From sequence record MN176217: 64,000 nucleotides of DNA; one strand, given 5' to 3'. A model generated the notes under the pieces. It was given only the letters and a program-made list of their open reading frames with translations. It made no database searches and was not told where the DNA came from. Made by a program: the position numbers and the translations under genes. The DNA comes from Escherichia phage vB_Eco4M-7. This document shows, piece after piece, positions 37,680-47,276 of the stretch (position 1 is its first letter; each line of letters begins with the position of its first letter).

Positions 37680-38947
37680 GTGCACAATATTCTTACATAG
37701 TAAGCACTGGTGTAATAACCATCGACACAGCCGATTTGCTGGCTGACGTTCAAAGTGAATGGATTGAGTCATTAGGGGTCGGGCTTGACGTTGATGCCTC
37801 GACACCGCAAGGCACCCTAATCGCAACGGAGACTTTGGCAAGAACTTCAGTGATGAAGAACAACGCCGAGCTGGGAAGTCTCATCAACCCAAATTATTCG
37901 TATGGCGTATACCTTGATGCCATCGCGGCATTGCTTGGGATTGAGCGAACTAAAAACATCAGCACGATGCTAAAAGGAATTACCGCAGAAGGAATGCCGC
38001 TGTTGGAGATTCCTGCTGGAAGTTTGCTGACGGATTCAAACGGTACATACTGGTATGTTCTGGAAGACGTTCAAATCGCTTCGACTGGCAAGACAAGCAA
38101 TATGACTCTTGCATCAAAAGAGTACGGCTCATTCACTGTTGCGCCTGATGAAGAGTTTACCGTGGTGCAAGGATATGACGTCATCGGATGGTCAAGAACG
38201 TATTCAACATCAGCAACGACGACCGTACCAGGTACGCAATACATGGGCGACGGAGCGTTAAAGGCCGCTCGCGTTAAGCGCCTTTACCAGCAGGGAATTG
38301 CATCGCTTGGTGCTATTCGCGCTCGCGCCATGTCGGTCGACGGCGTGGAATCGGTTATGGTCGTGGAGAACGACACGGGATTGCCTGGAACGGTGCGCGG
38401 CATCACCTTTTCAACGCCTAACGGTGTCTGGGTGTGCGCAAGCGGAACGTTCGATAAGCAAGTTTTTGCTGAGACTATTTTCAAGGCAAAGATGGGCGGC
38501 CAGCCGTGGGACTTTGGTGCTACCAACCAGGGTGATCCAGTCAACTCGCCTGATGGAATAGAAGTTGTCGACGAAGAATCGCAACTGTCTTATTTCGTAA
38601 AGTTCAACACTGCTGTCATATATGACTTGTATGTCGATATTACTGTTGTAAGAGGCACCGCAACCGCCGATGCCGAATCTATTATTGCCGCTGTGTTGAA
38701 TTACGGTAATGGAAATTTTAACGGCGAGCAAGGATATGCAGTGGGCCAATCTCAATCTTCTTTTGAGATTGCTTCAGCAGTGTCTTGCGAGTATCCAGGT
38801 CTGTACATTAAAGATTGCAAAATTGCAGCAGTAAAAAGCGGACAGGCAGCGCCAAATTATCCATCCGATTACGGCAGCGAGTGGATTGCCAACCCTTGGG
38901 ATAAGGCGAATACTATGCGCGGCTTCATCAACGTTAAATTTGTGTGA
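37676..38947 (+). CDS. putative baseplate wedge protein (baseplate J-like)
   Basis: 423 aa; position and size; family call by inspection only. Confidence 0.45.
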   Translation: MSAQYSYIVSTGVITIDTADLLADVQSEWIESLGVGLDVDASTPQGTLIATETLARTSVMKNNAELGSLINPNYSYGVYLDAIAALLGIERTKNISTMLKGITAEGMPLLEIPAGSLLTDSNGTYWYVLEDVQIASTGKTSNMTLASKEYGSFTVAPDEEFTVVQGYDVIGWSRTYSTSATTTVPGTQYMGDGALKAARVKRLYQQGIASLGAIRARAMSVDGVESVMVVENDTGLPGTVRGITFSTPNGVWVCASGTFDKQVFAETIFKAKMGGQPWDFGATNQGDPVNSPDGIEVVDEESQLSYFVKFNTAVIYDLYVDITVVRGTATADAESIIAAVLNYGNGNFNGEQGYAVGQSQSSFEIASAVSCEYPGLYIKDCKIAAVKSGQAAPNYPSDYGSEWIANPWDKANTMRGFINVKFV

Positions 38948-38953
38948 GGAACT

Positions 38954-41692
38954 ATGCAAAAGTTTGACACAAACCTGTTGCAAAACCTTAAGTGGATGCA
39001 GAACAACGCGCCAAACATCACATCTTTGGTTCAGAAGAAGAGTGACTGGTATGAGCGATATCAAGATCAGTTTTGGATTGACTGGTACAAGAACATATTC
39101 AACATTGATACTTGTGATGCAATGGGCATCTATATTTGGTGTGACATACTATGCATACCAAGGGATTTTGTTGACTTAAGCAACTATGAGCACAACTGGG
39201 CATTTGGACCCACACGCGACAACTTCGAAGGGCCGGACAATATCGGCGGCAACTTCTTTGGTGCTGGCGGAAAGGTTGTGAAAAACATCGAAGAAGCCCG
39301 CATCCTTCTGAAGCTTCGTTATCTGACGCTTACAAGTGATGGCCGCATAGAAAGCATCAACCGTATGCTTAAGTGGATTTTCAACCGTGGAGAAGATTGG
39401 GATTACTCTTCATCGCGCTACGCATATGTGACAGATAATACTCAAGGCGCGGTGTCTTCTTCTGAAGCAACAAACGGCTCATTCCTTCTGTACGACTGGC
39501 AGGGGTCAACTGAGATTCAGCACGATTATAAACAAGTTCTTTTGAGCCACGGCAACAACGCAGGACTTACCATAAGTGGGGTGGCAGGGACCGTTTCGCG
39601 AATGGCACACCCAGACTGGTATTCATGGGGTAATGGTTCCGGCGCTGGTATTGTCGGCGGTGATACACGACAATATGGCGGCCCTGACTATTACGGCCAA
39701 CTGTGCGGTGACTACCCAGGAGAGGCCATAGAGAATTTCGCCAACGCAGTACGGGTCATCAAGACCGCTTCCAGCGGCGAGCCTGTGTATTCTTTGGCCA
39801 ATAATCCAAGCGCCAAATCTATTGCTCTTCCTTCTCAGGCTGGTGTAAACGTTTGCTATAGCTTCTACATAAAAGTGCTTTCTGAAAACGTGGCTTCTGT
39901 TTCCGTAACAGAGAACAGTGATGCATCGAGTAATGGAAAACTTTTCGACCCAGTGACTGGGCAGTTCAACCTTGACTCTTCTTTGAGTTATTTCATCACA
40001 GGCAAGTTCGACGGTGTGAGAAGGGAATCAAACCGTGGTGGCATCAAGGCAATCGGCGGCGATTGGTACAGAATCTGGATTGTAGAGCAAACTGCAAACG
40101 CGACGGCTGGGGTGAAAACAAGCTTTTCAATTGAGTTGAAAGCAACTGCCGCTGGATCAACCCAGACTCGCGAATTGCCTGAAGGGTCTGATGCGCTTCT
40201 TTTTGGATACTCCATTTGTGTTTGCGACCCTGTTCAAAATCCTAATGGACCTGAGCCTTATTTCTATGGGACTCAAAATCCTCCTGCAGATGGAACGGCA
40301 ATCCTGTCTGTTACGGCAGGAACGCTCAACAACATATCTTGCGCAAACGGTCCGTTGACAACAAGGGATGGCGTGGTAGGTGAATCATTCATGCAGCCTG
40401 GTTCATCGCTTGCATACTCTGGTTCAATCGACGGCTACCCGTACCCAGGAAACGCAACATTGATTGCAGAGACTGACGGCATCAGACGCTCATGGAACGT
40501 TAGCCGATTGGACGGCGTACCGCCGCCGCCGACCGCTGACTATTACATGGAATATGTCATCGGGCCTTATTTCGCCAACAACTTATCCGACAACTTTAAG
40601 ACGCTAGTTGGCGACAGGAATGAAGGATTCTTGCCAGCAAATGCCGGAATACGTTGGCAGCTTTACCAAGAAGTCGCAGACTTATCTGATATTGATTTGA
40701 CTGTCAGCAACATAACAGACACGCGAGTAGGATTCGAAACGGAAGGTGTCGCATGGATTAACACTGACGGCATCATCAGAGTTGGCGGCATAAACGAGTG
40801 GCCGTTGAACAACTTCAAAGGTGTTATACGACAGCTTGAATCTTTGAAAGGTGTGAACCAAGTTATCGACGGCGCACTTGTCAACGACTATTCAATCTCA
40901 AAAGCATCAAGAGATGACTTTGGTCGTGAAATCCCACGTGCCGCGATCACAAACTACTGGCGATACACACAACCCAATGACGGCACATCTTTTGGCAATA
41001 TCGTCAAGGACGGAGATAACACGGTAACGGCGACGCCAATCAGCGGTGTGCCCAACCAGTTCCCATCATTCAAGCTTTCCGCTACAATAGGGACTGTGCC
41101 AGCATCCGGCTATGCACGTGCTGTACTTGCTACTAAATACACTGGCAACCTGACTGGTCCTTTGTCATTTATCGCAATAGTTAAAAACAACACGGTAAAC
41201 GGTCAAAAACTTTTCGTAACCGTACCGGATGGTATGGGCGGCTATATCCCTAAATTCTACAGCATAGGCGCAGGTGATTTGCAACGTATCGAAATTGACC
41301 TTGCCGCTGAGATTGTTGCAGGAACGACTTGGGATGGTTCGACAGGTGGAATCAGCATTGGTTTGATATCAGGGAAAGACTTGCCGACCGAAGTTGGTAC
41401 GACTCTTGAACTTGATATTTTAAGCTTGATGCTTGTTTCTGGTAATACGATGAATGCGCTTGCGATTTCAACAAGCGAAGACTTTGCAAAGAAAACTGCA
41501 ACTTCTATATACATCAAAAACCCAGGGTCACTGGCGACTGGAGTTCAATTGATAGCTTCGAATGGGGATGTTGTAGCGACAGTAAACTTTCCAAGAAGTG
41601 CTGCTGGCGGTTATGTTTCAAGCATGAATATAACTGACTTAACTGGTGATTGGGCATCAACCCTTTTATCAAAAATTAAATACATCGTGTAG
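38954..41692 (+). CDS. large baseplate/tail fibre-associated structural protein
   Basis: 912 aa; Gly/Ser/Thr/Asn-rich; upstream of tail fibre gene. Confidence 0.45.
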   Translation: MQKFDTNLLQNLKWMQNNAPNITSLVQKKSDWYERYQDQFWIDWYKNIFNIDTCDAMGIYIWCDILCIPRDFVDLSNYEHNWAFGPTRDNFEGPDNIGGNFFGAGGKVVKNIEEARILLKLRYLTLTSDGRIESINRMLKWIFNRGEDWDYSSSRYAYVTDNTQGAVSSSEATNGSFLLYDWQGSTEIQHDYKQVLLSHGNNAGLTISGVAGTVSRMAHPDWYSWGNGSGAGIVGGDTRQYGGPDYYGQLCGDYPGEAIENFANAVRVIKTASSGEPVYSLANNPSAKSIALPSQAGVNVCYSFYIKVLSENVASVSVTENSDASSNGKLFDPVTGQFNLDSSLSYFITGKFDGVRRESNRGGIKAIGGDWYRIWIVEQTANATAGVKTSFSIELKATAAGSTQTRELPEGSDALLFGYSICVCDPVQNPNGPEPYFYGTQNPPADGTAILSVTAGTLNNISCANGPLTTRDGVVGESFMQPGSSLAYSGSIDGYPYPGNATLIAETDGIRRSWNVSRLDGVPPPPTADYYMEYVIGPYFANNLSDNFKTLVGDRNEGFLPANAGIRWQLYQEVADLSDIDLTVSNITDTRVGFETEGVAWINTDGIIRVGGINEWPLNNFKGVIRQLESLKGVNQVIDGALVNDYSISKASRDDFGREIPRAAITNYWRYTQPNDGTSFGNIVKDGDNTVTATPISGVPNQFPSFKLSATIGTVPASGYARAVLATKYTGNLTGPLSFIAIVKNNTVNGQKLFVTVPDGMGGYIPKFYSIGAGDLQRIEIDLAAEIVAGTTWDGSTGGISIGLISGKDLPTEVGTTLELDILSLMLVSGNTMNALAISTSEDFAKKTATSIYIKNPGSLATGVQLIASNGDVVATVNFPRSAAGGYVSSMNITDLTGDWASTLLSKIKYIV

Positions 41693-41702
41693 AGGAACGG
41701 CA

Positions 41703-43490
41703 ATGCCAACACTTATTAACAGACCTTTCGCGCAAAGCGGTGATGTATCCGTGGTGCCGGATGCAAGTCCAAGCGGTTATGTGAACTTCCAGCGCGGCTA
41801 CACCCCTGACTATGCACTTGCGCTGGAAGCCGGAAACGTCGCCGCGAAAGCAGTTGAACGTGAGTCGATGAACTGGTTGCTGAATCTGATCACCGACAAC
41901 CTTATGTTCATCCAGGACCACGGCGCTCAACAGTATTTCTCGTCTGACTTGAAGCCAGATGGATACCCGAAAAATGCCATCGTTGTCAGCAACTCTGGCA
42001 CCCCTTCAGCGCCTGAATGGCGCATTTTCCAGAGTGCGGTAGACGGCAACACCAGCGCAGTCCCAGCTAACGGCGAAACGGAATCTTGGCAGGAATTGAC
42101 GCTGCCTAGCGAAGCGAGAAAATATATTCCTATGCCTGCTGGCGGCGATGCGCAAAACCCGTATTTTGTTCGCGGACTGATTTCAAACTTTGTGGACTTT
42201 GATAATATCACGACTTCCACAACTATTGTCATTCAATCTGATGCCGTTGCCGCTCTCTGCTCTAATATCCCGAACGCGGTTGGTGCGACGAAGGTTGCAG
42301 GTCGTCTCCAGGTTTGCGCTTGGCAGGTTAATGCGCAGACTTTCGCCCTGCAGCAATACACGTCAATGAACGGATATGTTTTCACCCGCTCTTATACTTC
42401 TGGTGCTTGGAGTACCTGGATTCAAAATGCTACTGTTCAAGACGTGCAAATTGGAACGCCGAATCTTGCATCAGGTAAAGGCGCACAAGATATAATCCTT
42501 ACCGTTCCAGCAGGTTATTCATGGCCTCCGTCAGCAGGTAGTCGCCTGACCATCGTTAATGATGTCACGACCACCGGACCTGTCACCGTGACCATTGGTG
42601 CAAACAAAGTTGCAGTCCTTGGATTCGACGGCGGCGAGCTGCCAGCAGGGTCCATCGTCGGTCTTCTTCCTTTTACTATTATTTATGACGGCACCGTTTG
42701 GCGTCTTCTTCAAGCATTCGGCGCGGCGCAAATCGGTGTCGATGCTAGTGAGCCGCAACAGTTTGTCACAAAGCGCCAACTCGATGCTTTGGCCGCGAAG
42801 TTGATAACTATGGGTGATGTATTCGAAGTCGGTGAGACTCGATTCTTGACTAATGGCACAAACCCAAATACTAAACTGGGCGCTTACGGTCAGGTGTGGA
42901 CCAGATTGCCTGACAACATGGTCATCAGGACGTCTGGCACGGCAAGAAACGGTCTTGACACTGGAGGTGCAGACTCTGTTACTCTTACCGCCGCCATGCT
43001 TCCTCTGCACAATCACAGCGTTAACATAACTACGCGACAGAGTGGTCCATGGTCCAATACCACTGGAGACGCAGGCAACCATAACCACACAGGCGATACC
43101 AGTCAAAACGGTGCTCACGTGCACGGAATGGATTCAGCAGGCAACCACCACCATGACAGTAGCTGGGGTGAATCGAATACGAATGATGCGCGGTATGGCG
43201 TGTATGATGGGACGCACAACAACTTCGGAAGTCGAAAGGGCGGCGACTGGGACAACTATAAATACAACACCTCAACTAACGGCAACCACGTTCACAATAT
43301 TCAATCTTCTGGGTCACACACTCATGGGTTGAATATAAATTACGCTGGCAATCACAGCCATGGATATACCCTCCCCGCTCACACTCACGATGTGGTCGGT
43401 AACACTGGCAATGCAGGGCAGTCCGTCCCAACGGCTGTTTCAACTCTGCCGCGATATGTCGTCTTGAACGGCTGGTACAGAAGCGCATAA
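41703..43490 (+). CDS. tail fibre protein with C-terminal His-box repeats
   Basis: ATG 41703 after AGAGGAACGG; GNHNHTGD, AHVHG, GNHHHD, GNHVHN, GSHTHG, GNHSHG, AHTHD repeats. Confidence 0.7.
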   Translation: MPTLINRPFAQSGDVSVVPDASPSGYVNFQRGYTPDYALALEAGNVAAKAVERESMNWLLNLITDNLMFIQDHGAQQYFSSDLKPDGYPKNAIVVSNSGTPSAPEWRIFQSAVDGNTSAVPANGETESWQELTLPSEARKYIPMPAGGDAQNPYFVRGLISNFVDFDNITTSTTIVIQSDAVAALCSNIPNAVGATKVAGRLQVCAWQVNAQTFALQQYTSMNGYVFTRSYTSGAWSTWIQNATVQDVQIGTPNLASGKGAQDIILTVPAGYSWPPSAGSRLTIVNDVTTTGPVTVTIGANKVAVLGFDGGELPAGSIVGLLPFTIIYDGTVWRLLQAFGAAQIGVDASEPQQFVTKRQLDALAAKLITMGDVFEVGETRFLTNGTNPNTKLGAYGQVWTRLPDNMVIRTSGTARNGLDTGGADSVTLTAAMLPLHNHSVNITTRQSGPWSNTTGDAGNHNHTGDTSQNGAHVHGMDSAGNHHHDSSWGESNTNDARYGVYDGTHNNFGSRKGGDWDNYKYNTSTNGNHVHNIQSSGSHTHGLNINYAGNHSHGYTLPAHTHDVVGNTGNAGQSVPTAVSTLPRYVVLNGWYRSA

Positions 43491-43498
43491 GGTGATTT

Positions 43499-44143
43499 AT
43501 GATTAATGCAAACGTAATATCTAAAGGGACCGGATGCAGCATGGATGTCGCAGAGGAGTGGGTGGACCCTTTCAAGCAGGCTTGTGAGCACTACGGAATC
43601 AAAAGCAAGAATGCCATCGCGGCGCTGCTTGCAAACGTAGGAGTGGAAACAGGCAGTCTGAAGACCTTTGTGGAAAACTTGAACTACTCCGCTCAAGGTC
43701 TTGCGAATACATGGCCTAGCCGTTACAGCGCCAGCGGTCGTTTCGGCGGCGCACCAAACTCCTTGGCACTGTCGATTGCCCGTAAACCAATGGAAATCGC
43801 CAATAATACATATGCAAACCGAATGGGCAATGGTTCGGTAGCATCTGGCGACGGTTGGAAGTACCGTGGCCGTGGTGCCATTCAGCTGACTGGAAAGGCC
43901 AACTATGCAGAGTATTCAAAGCAATCAGGGTATGACGCATTGAATAACCCTGACATTTTGACTGAGCCGAAATACATCGCTGACAGCGCGGCATGGTTTT
44001 TCAAGAACAGCGGTTGCATTCCACTTGCTGATGCTGGCGCATTTGATTCGACTGTGAAGCGGATTAACGGGGCCGCGCCAAATACGGCTAACCATGGGGA
44101 TTTGCGACGGAAGCGTTACAAGGATGCACTAGCAGTTGTGTAA
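43499..44143 (+). CDS. endolysin, glycoside hydrolase family 19-like
   Basis: 214 aa; WKYRGRGAIQLTGKANY and SAAWFF motifs. Confidence 0.65.
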   Translation: MINANVISKGTGCSMDVAEEWVDPFKQACEHYGIKSKNAIAALLANVGVETGSLKTFVENLNYSAQGLANTWPSRYSASGRFGGAPNSLALSIARKPMEIANNTYANRMGNGSVASGDGWKYRGRGAIQLTGKANYAEYSKQSGYDALNNPDILTEPKYIADSAAWFFKNSGCIPLADAGAFDSTVKRINGAAPNTANHGDLRRKRYKDALAVV

Positions 44144-44145
44144 GA

Positions 44146-44175
44146 AAAAGGCCCATATGGGCCTTTGTTTATTTT
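44146..44175. terminator. bidirectional rho-independent terminator
   Basis: GGCCCATATGGGCC hairpin flanked by A5 and TTTGTTTATTTT between convergent genes. Confidence 0.65.
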
Positions 44176-44399
44176 ACGGCTTCAACCTGGACGGGCGGCG
44201 CGGAACTTGTATCAATGTCTGGCAAGTCGAAGTAATACCCCGCCATGCCAATTACGCCAACAATCGCAGCCCGTGCCACCTTGTTGCTGATTGACTCCCC
44301 AATAAGCTTTACCAACAGGGACAAGATTTGAGACGTCAAAGCCTTTTTCAGCCTTTTGTTTTCTTCCAAATCTTTCTGCATAACTACCACCCATGTCAA
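44169..44399 (-). CDS. small protein with one hydrophobic helix (possible lysis-associated)
   Basis: ORF track 76 aa; AAIVGVIGMAGYYF; convergent with endolysin. Confidence 0.4.
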   Translation of the reverse strand: MTWVVVMQKDLEENKRLKKALTSQILSLLVKLIGESISNKVARAAIVGVIGMAGYYFDLPDIDTSSAPPVQVEAVK

Positions 44400-44938
44400 C
44401 GCACTTCCTGTGTCTTAACATTACCTGAAGCATCTCTTAAGGGCAGTGGATAGTAGGCCATTTGGTAGTCTGATACGCCTTCAACATGATAAAACACGAT
44501 TACGTCTTTGCTGTTGATGAGCATGTTAACGACATCTGATTTATCTTCTGGAGTGAGTATGAGTGCGCCGCCTGTCCTGCTGTCTACTGCAACAGGGTAT
44601 GTCTTGTCGACAAGGCCGCTGTCCAATGTATTATACCTGACAACGATTTCAGCGGCATCAACTTTTGCAATTGACATTCCGAACACAAACGAAACGACTT
44701 GGCGACCGCGATCATTCATTACGCACATCTTTTCCTTATCAAACCTTTCCTTTATCACATCATATTTGTTCCAGCAAAATTCGAACGATTGGCCGTTGTT
44801 AAAATATCTCGTTAACACTTTGGCATTACTATTTGGCGGTGTAAACATACTTTCAGCCGCTGCACTTTTGGTGAAGAACAAGACTGTCAGCATAGCCATG
44901 ATGGTGATCAAAACAATCTTTAAAGTTTTCGATTTCAT
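44396..44938 (-). CDS. secreted/periplasmic hypothetical protein
   Basis: ORF track 180 aa; N-terminal signal-peptide-like MKSKTLKIVLITIMAMLTVLFFTKSAAA. Confidence 0.5.
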   Translation of the reverse strand: MKSKTLKIVLITIMAMLTVLFFTKSAAAESMFTPPNSNAKVLTRYFNNGQSFEFCWNKYDVIKERFDKEKMCVMNDRGRQVVSFVFGMSIAKVDAAEIVVRYNTLDSGLVDKTYPVAVDSRTGGALILTPEDKSDVVNMLINSKDVIVFYHVEGVSDYQMAYYPLPLRDASGNVKTQEVR

Positions 44939-45010
44939 TATAATTCACCTTTTGATTACGAATATTAATAGTATAGGCCGAAGGTTTTGAAAGTAAATAA
45001 GGCGAAAGGT

Positions 45011-45040
45011 AAATAAAAGAAAAGCCGGAGATTTCCGGCT
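45011..45040 (-). terminator. rho-independent terminator (minus strand)
   Basis: AGCCGGA/TCCGGCT hairpin preceded on plus strand by A-rich run. Confidence 0.55.
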
Positions 45041-45114
45041 TTATGTATACACTGTATATTAAATTCTATAAAACAACGCGATAGATTATCCGCACCAATT
45101 ACTTATCTAGTGTC

Positions 45115-46077
45115 TTAAAAATACTCCATATCGGTAATATCACGGAAGCATTTATACAAAGCAGAGCGCGGCACGTCGACGATGCCAAAGTTAAAGAATT
45201 TATACGTTAGGTATTTATCGCGATAGTTCTCGCGATTCTCCCAAAGCATTTTACGCTCTGCCATAGGCATTGAACCAGCGGAGACGCGGAAAGGAATCAT
45301 TTCACCTTTCTCATCCACATATTTTGGATTGACGACTATGAATGAGCCAAGGTATGCTTTCGCAACTAAACCTTCAGCCTCTTTTGAACGCTTGGTGCGA
45401 CCCAATTCGTCAATGAATGCTTCGTTGTTGTTCTCCATCATCTCAACGAAGTCTATGATCAACCCTTCTTCATCGGTCCACGGCTTGTCCTTCCACACAT
45501 CACGTGACTTCGGCGTCGCGCGCCCATGCTTATATTTGCCCGTCCAAGACTTGCCATACAAGCCTTCATATCCAAGCTGGTCTGCTTCGATTTGCATCGC
45601 CGCGTACTGTTCCATATTTTCGATGTTTCGATATTCGAGAGCGCGAAGGAATGGGCGTCGACCATGGTTGATGAGATGTTGATTAACTTCAGCAACTCTA
45701 GCTCGATAGTTTGCATAACGCTTTTCAAAAGGCAGATCAGGGTCGCTGAAGTCATCAAACACCCACCATGTAAAGTTAGTGATTGCATCAGTATTCATGC
45801 ATGCAGTATAGGCCTGTTGCATGACGTTCTTATCATTTGGATTGCCGTCGATTAGCTCTCCATCAAGTCCGTGAATTAGCTCACCCAAAAAGAGGAACTC
45901 TTTTTTGATTTGAACGTTGCGCAACGGCATGCCGGAAGTGCCCATTGGCAAGTTGTCATACGCCATTGCACGTATGCCATCGACCTTGAATGACAGTCCG
46001 CAAGGCAGCGGCACGTCCTCGCCGCGCTCGATAATCTGCTTACGTTGGCAACCCTTCATTGGTTTTAATGCTGTCAT
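45115..46077 (-). CDS. ATP-dependent DNA ligase
   Basis: 320 aa; motif I KVDGIRAM, DGELIDG, EGLYGK and EGLVAK. Confidence 0.75.
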   Translation of the reverse strand: MTALKPMKGCQRKQIIERGEDVPLPCGLSFKVDGIRAMAYDNLPMGTSGMPLRNVQIKKEFLFLGELIHGLDGELIDGNPNDKNVMQQAYTACMNTDAITNFTWWVFDDFSDPDLPFEKRYANYRARVAEVNQHLINHGRRPFLRALEYRNIENMEQYAAMQIEADQLGYEGLYGKSWTGKYKHGRATPKSRDVWKDKPWTDEEGLIIDFVEMMENNNEAFIDELGRTKRSKEAEGLVAKAYLGSFIVVNPKYVDEKGEMIPFRVSAGSMPMAERKMLWENRENYRDKYLTYKFFNFGIVDVPRSALYKCFRDITDMEYF

Positions 46078-46079
46078 AA

Positions 46080-46703
46080 TTATTGTCCTGTAACTTCTCT
46101 GATCACACGGTCTTCAAGTTCCAGCTTCTTTACCATTTTGCAGGAGTGCTCATAAGCTGGATCAGTAGATTTGATGAACGTTCCGTTGTACATGACACCT
46201 TTGCGGTCCTTGATGTCTTCGTAGGCCGCTTGCGCACAGTCGGATAAGCGAAGGCCATAATCATGAGCTACGCCGGAAAGGTAATCGACTGCGGCCATGA
46301 TGGTGACGTCAATATCCATGGTCTGATTCTTAGCAATAGCATCACCAAGCCGTCCAAGGGTCTTTGCCAGGCGAAGGATGAATGAATGAGGGTGAGCGCC
46401 TTTATCAGCACAACCGCCGCCATTAATGTTTTCGATTTCAGTACCGTTTTGCGCCGCCAGGATGGTCAACACAACAAGACAATCGCCAATGTCGTCCTTG
46501 ATTGCAGCTTGCAAGTCACAGATGGCCTGCTCTGTATATCCAATTTCAGGGTCGAAGAACACAAGGTCATGGAGTTGATCAACGTGGTCGGTTAACTCCC
46601 CAAACTCGCTGATAAGCTTCGGGTATTGGTCCTTAAGGTCGCAACCTTGGATGATGTTACGGTCAGAAGCCCACTGGCGAATGTTTGCATAAATCTGTTT
46701 CAT
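46080..46703 (-). CDS. MazG-like nucleotide pyrophosphohydrolase (all-alpha NTP-PPase)
   Basis: 207 aa; EFGELTDHVD and acidic helices. Confidence 0.45.
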   Translation of the reverse strand: MKQIYANIRQWASDRNIIQGCDLKDQYPKLISEFGELTDHVDQLHDLVFFDPEIGYTEQAICDLQAAIKDDIGDCLVVLTILAAQNGTEIENINGGGCADKGAHPHSFILRLAKTLGRLGDAIAKNQTMDIDVTIMAAVDYLSGVAHDYGLRLSDCAQAAYEDIKDRKGVMYNGTFIKSTDPAYEHSCKMVKKLELEDRVIREVTGQ

Positions 46704-47219
46704 TTATTTTTCCTTTGATGCATTGAATTGATCGATTTTTATTTTAGCCTGATTATAAGTATCAATCAAGCTATTAACTTTCTCTTTTAATCGATTTGTT
46801 TCTGCGGCGAACTGAACAAGAAATCTGACATCCTCTTCTGATAGTCCACAGTTTCCTTCTGGGATAGAGAGGCGTCCAGTGGTCGCAGAGTCGGGCACAC
46901 TCCTGAGTAACTCACGGGAACAGCTGAGTTGCTCGCGCAACTTGACATTCCCAGACTTGTAACGAGCAATAGTGTCATCAGCAACCAGTTGCGCTTCCTG
47001 GCGACCCTTCTCATATGCCGATGCCGATTCAACCTGTAAAGTTGCAATTTGCTCTTCGAGTGCATTTATCTTGTCCTTACGCTCATTAAGCGATGTCAGA
47101 TATTGATTATCCTTGGCCAGTGATGCGTTGGTTTGCTGCAGGTCTTCAACGTATGATCCAGCGGCAAATGCGCCAACAAGGGCCAGAATCTTCAGGAGCG
47201 GTACAATTCTTTCTATCAT
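46704..47219 (-). CDS. i-spanin (Rz-like)
   Basis: 171 aa; N-terminal TM IVPLLKILALVGAFAAGSYV then coiled-coil; o-spanin-like ORF embedded in +1 frame. Confidence 0.55.
   Translation of the reverse strand: MIERIVPLLKILALVGAFAAGSYVEDLQQTNASLAKDNQYLTSLNERKDKINALEEQIATLQVESASAYEKGRQEAQLVADDTIARYKSGNVKLREQLSCSRELLRSVPDSATTGRLSIPEGNCGLSEEDVRFLVQFAAETNRLKEKVNSLIDTYNQAKIKIDQFNASKEK
46787..47014 (-). CDS. o-spanin (Rz1-like) embedded in i-spanin gene
   Basis: MRRVARKRNWLLMTLLLVTSLGMSSC lipoprotein-like signal (non-canonical lipobox), Pro-containing tail. Confidence 0.4.
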   Translation of the reverse strand: MRRVARKRNWLLMTLLLVTSLGMSSCASNSAVPVSYSGVCPTLRPLDASLSQKETVDYQKRMSDFLFSSPQKQID

Positions 47220-47276
47220 GATGCACCAGATAAATAAAAGGCCGCCAAACGGCAGCCTTGTTGATTTGATTGTCGA

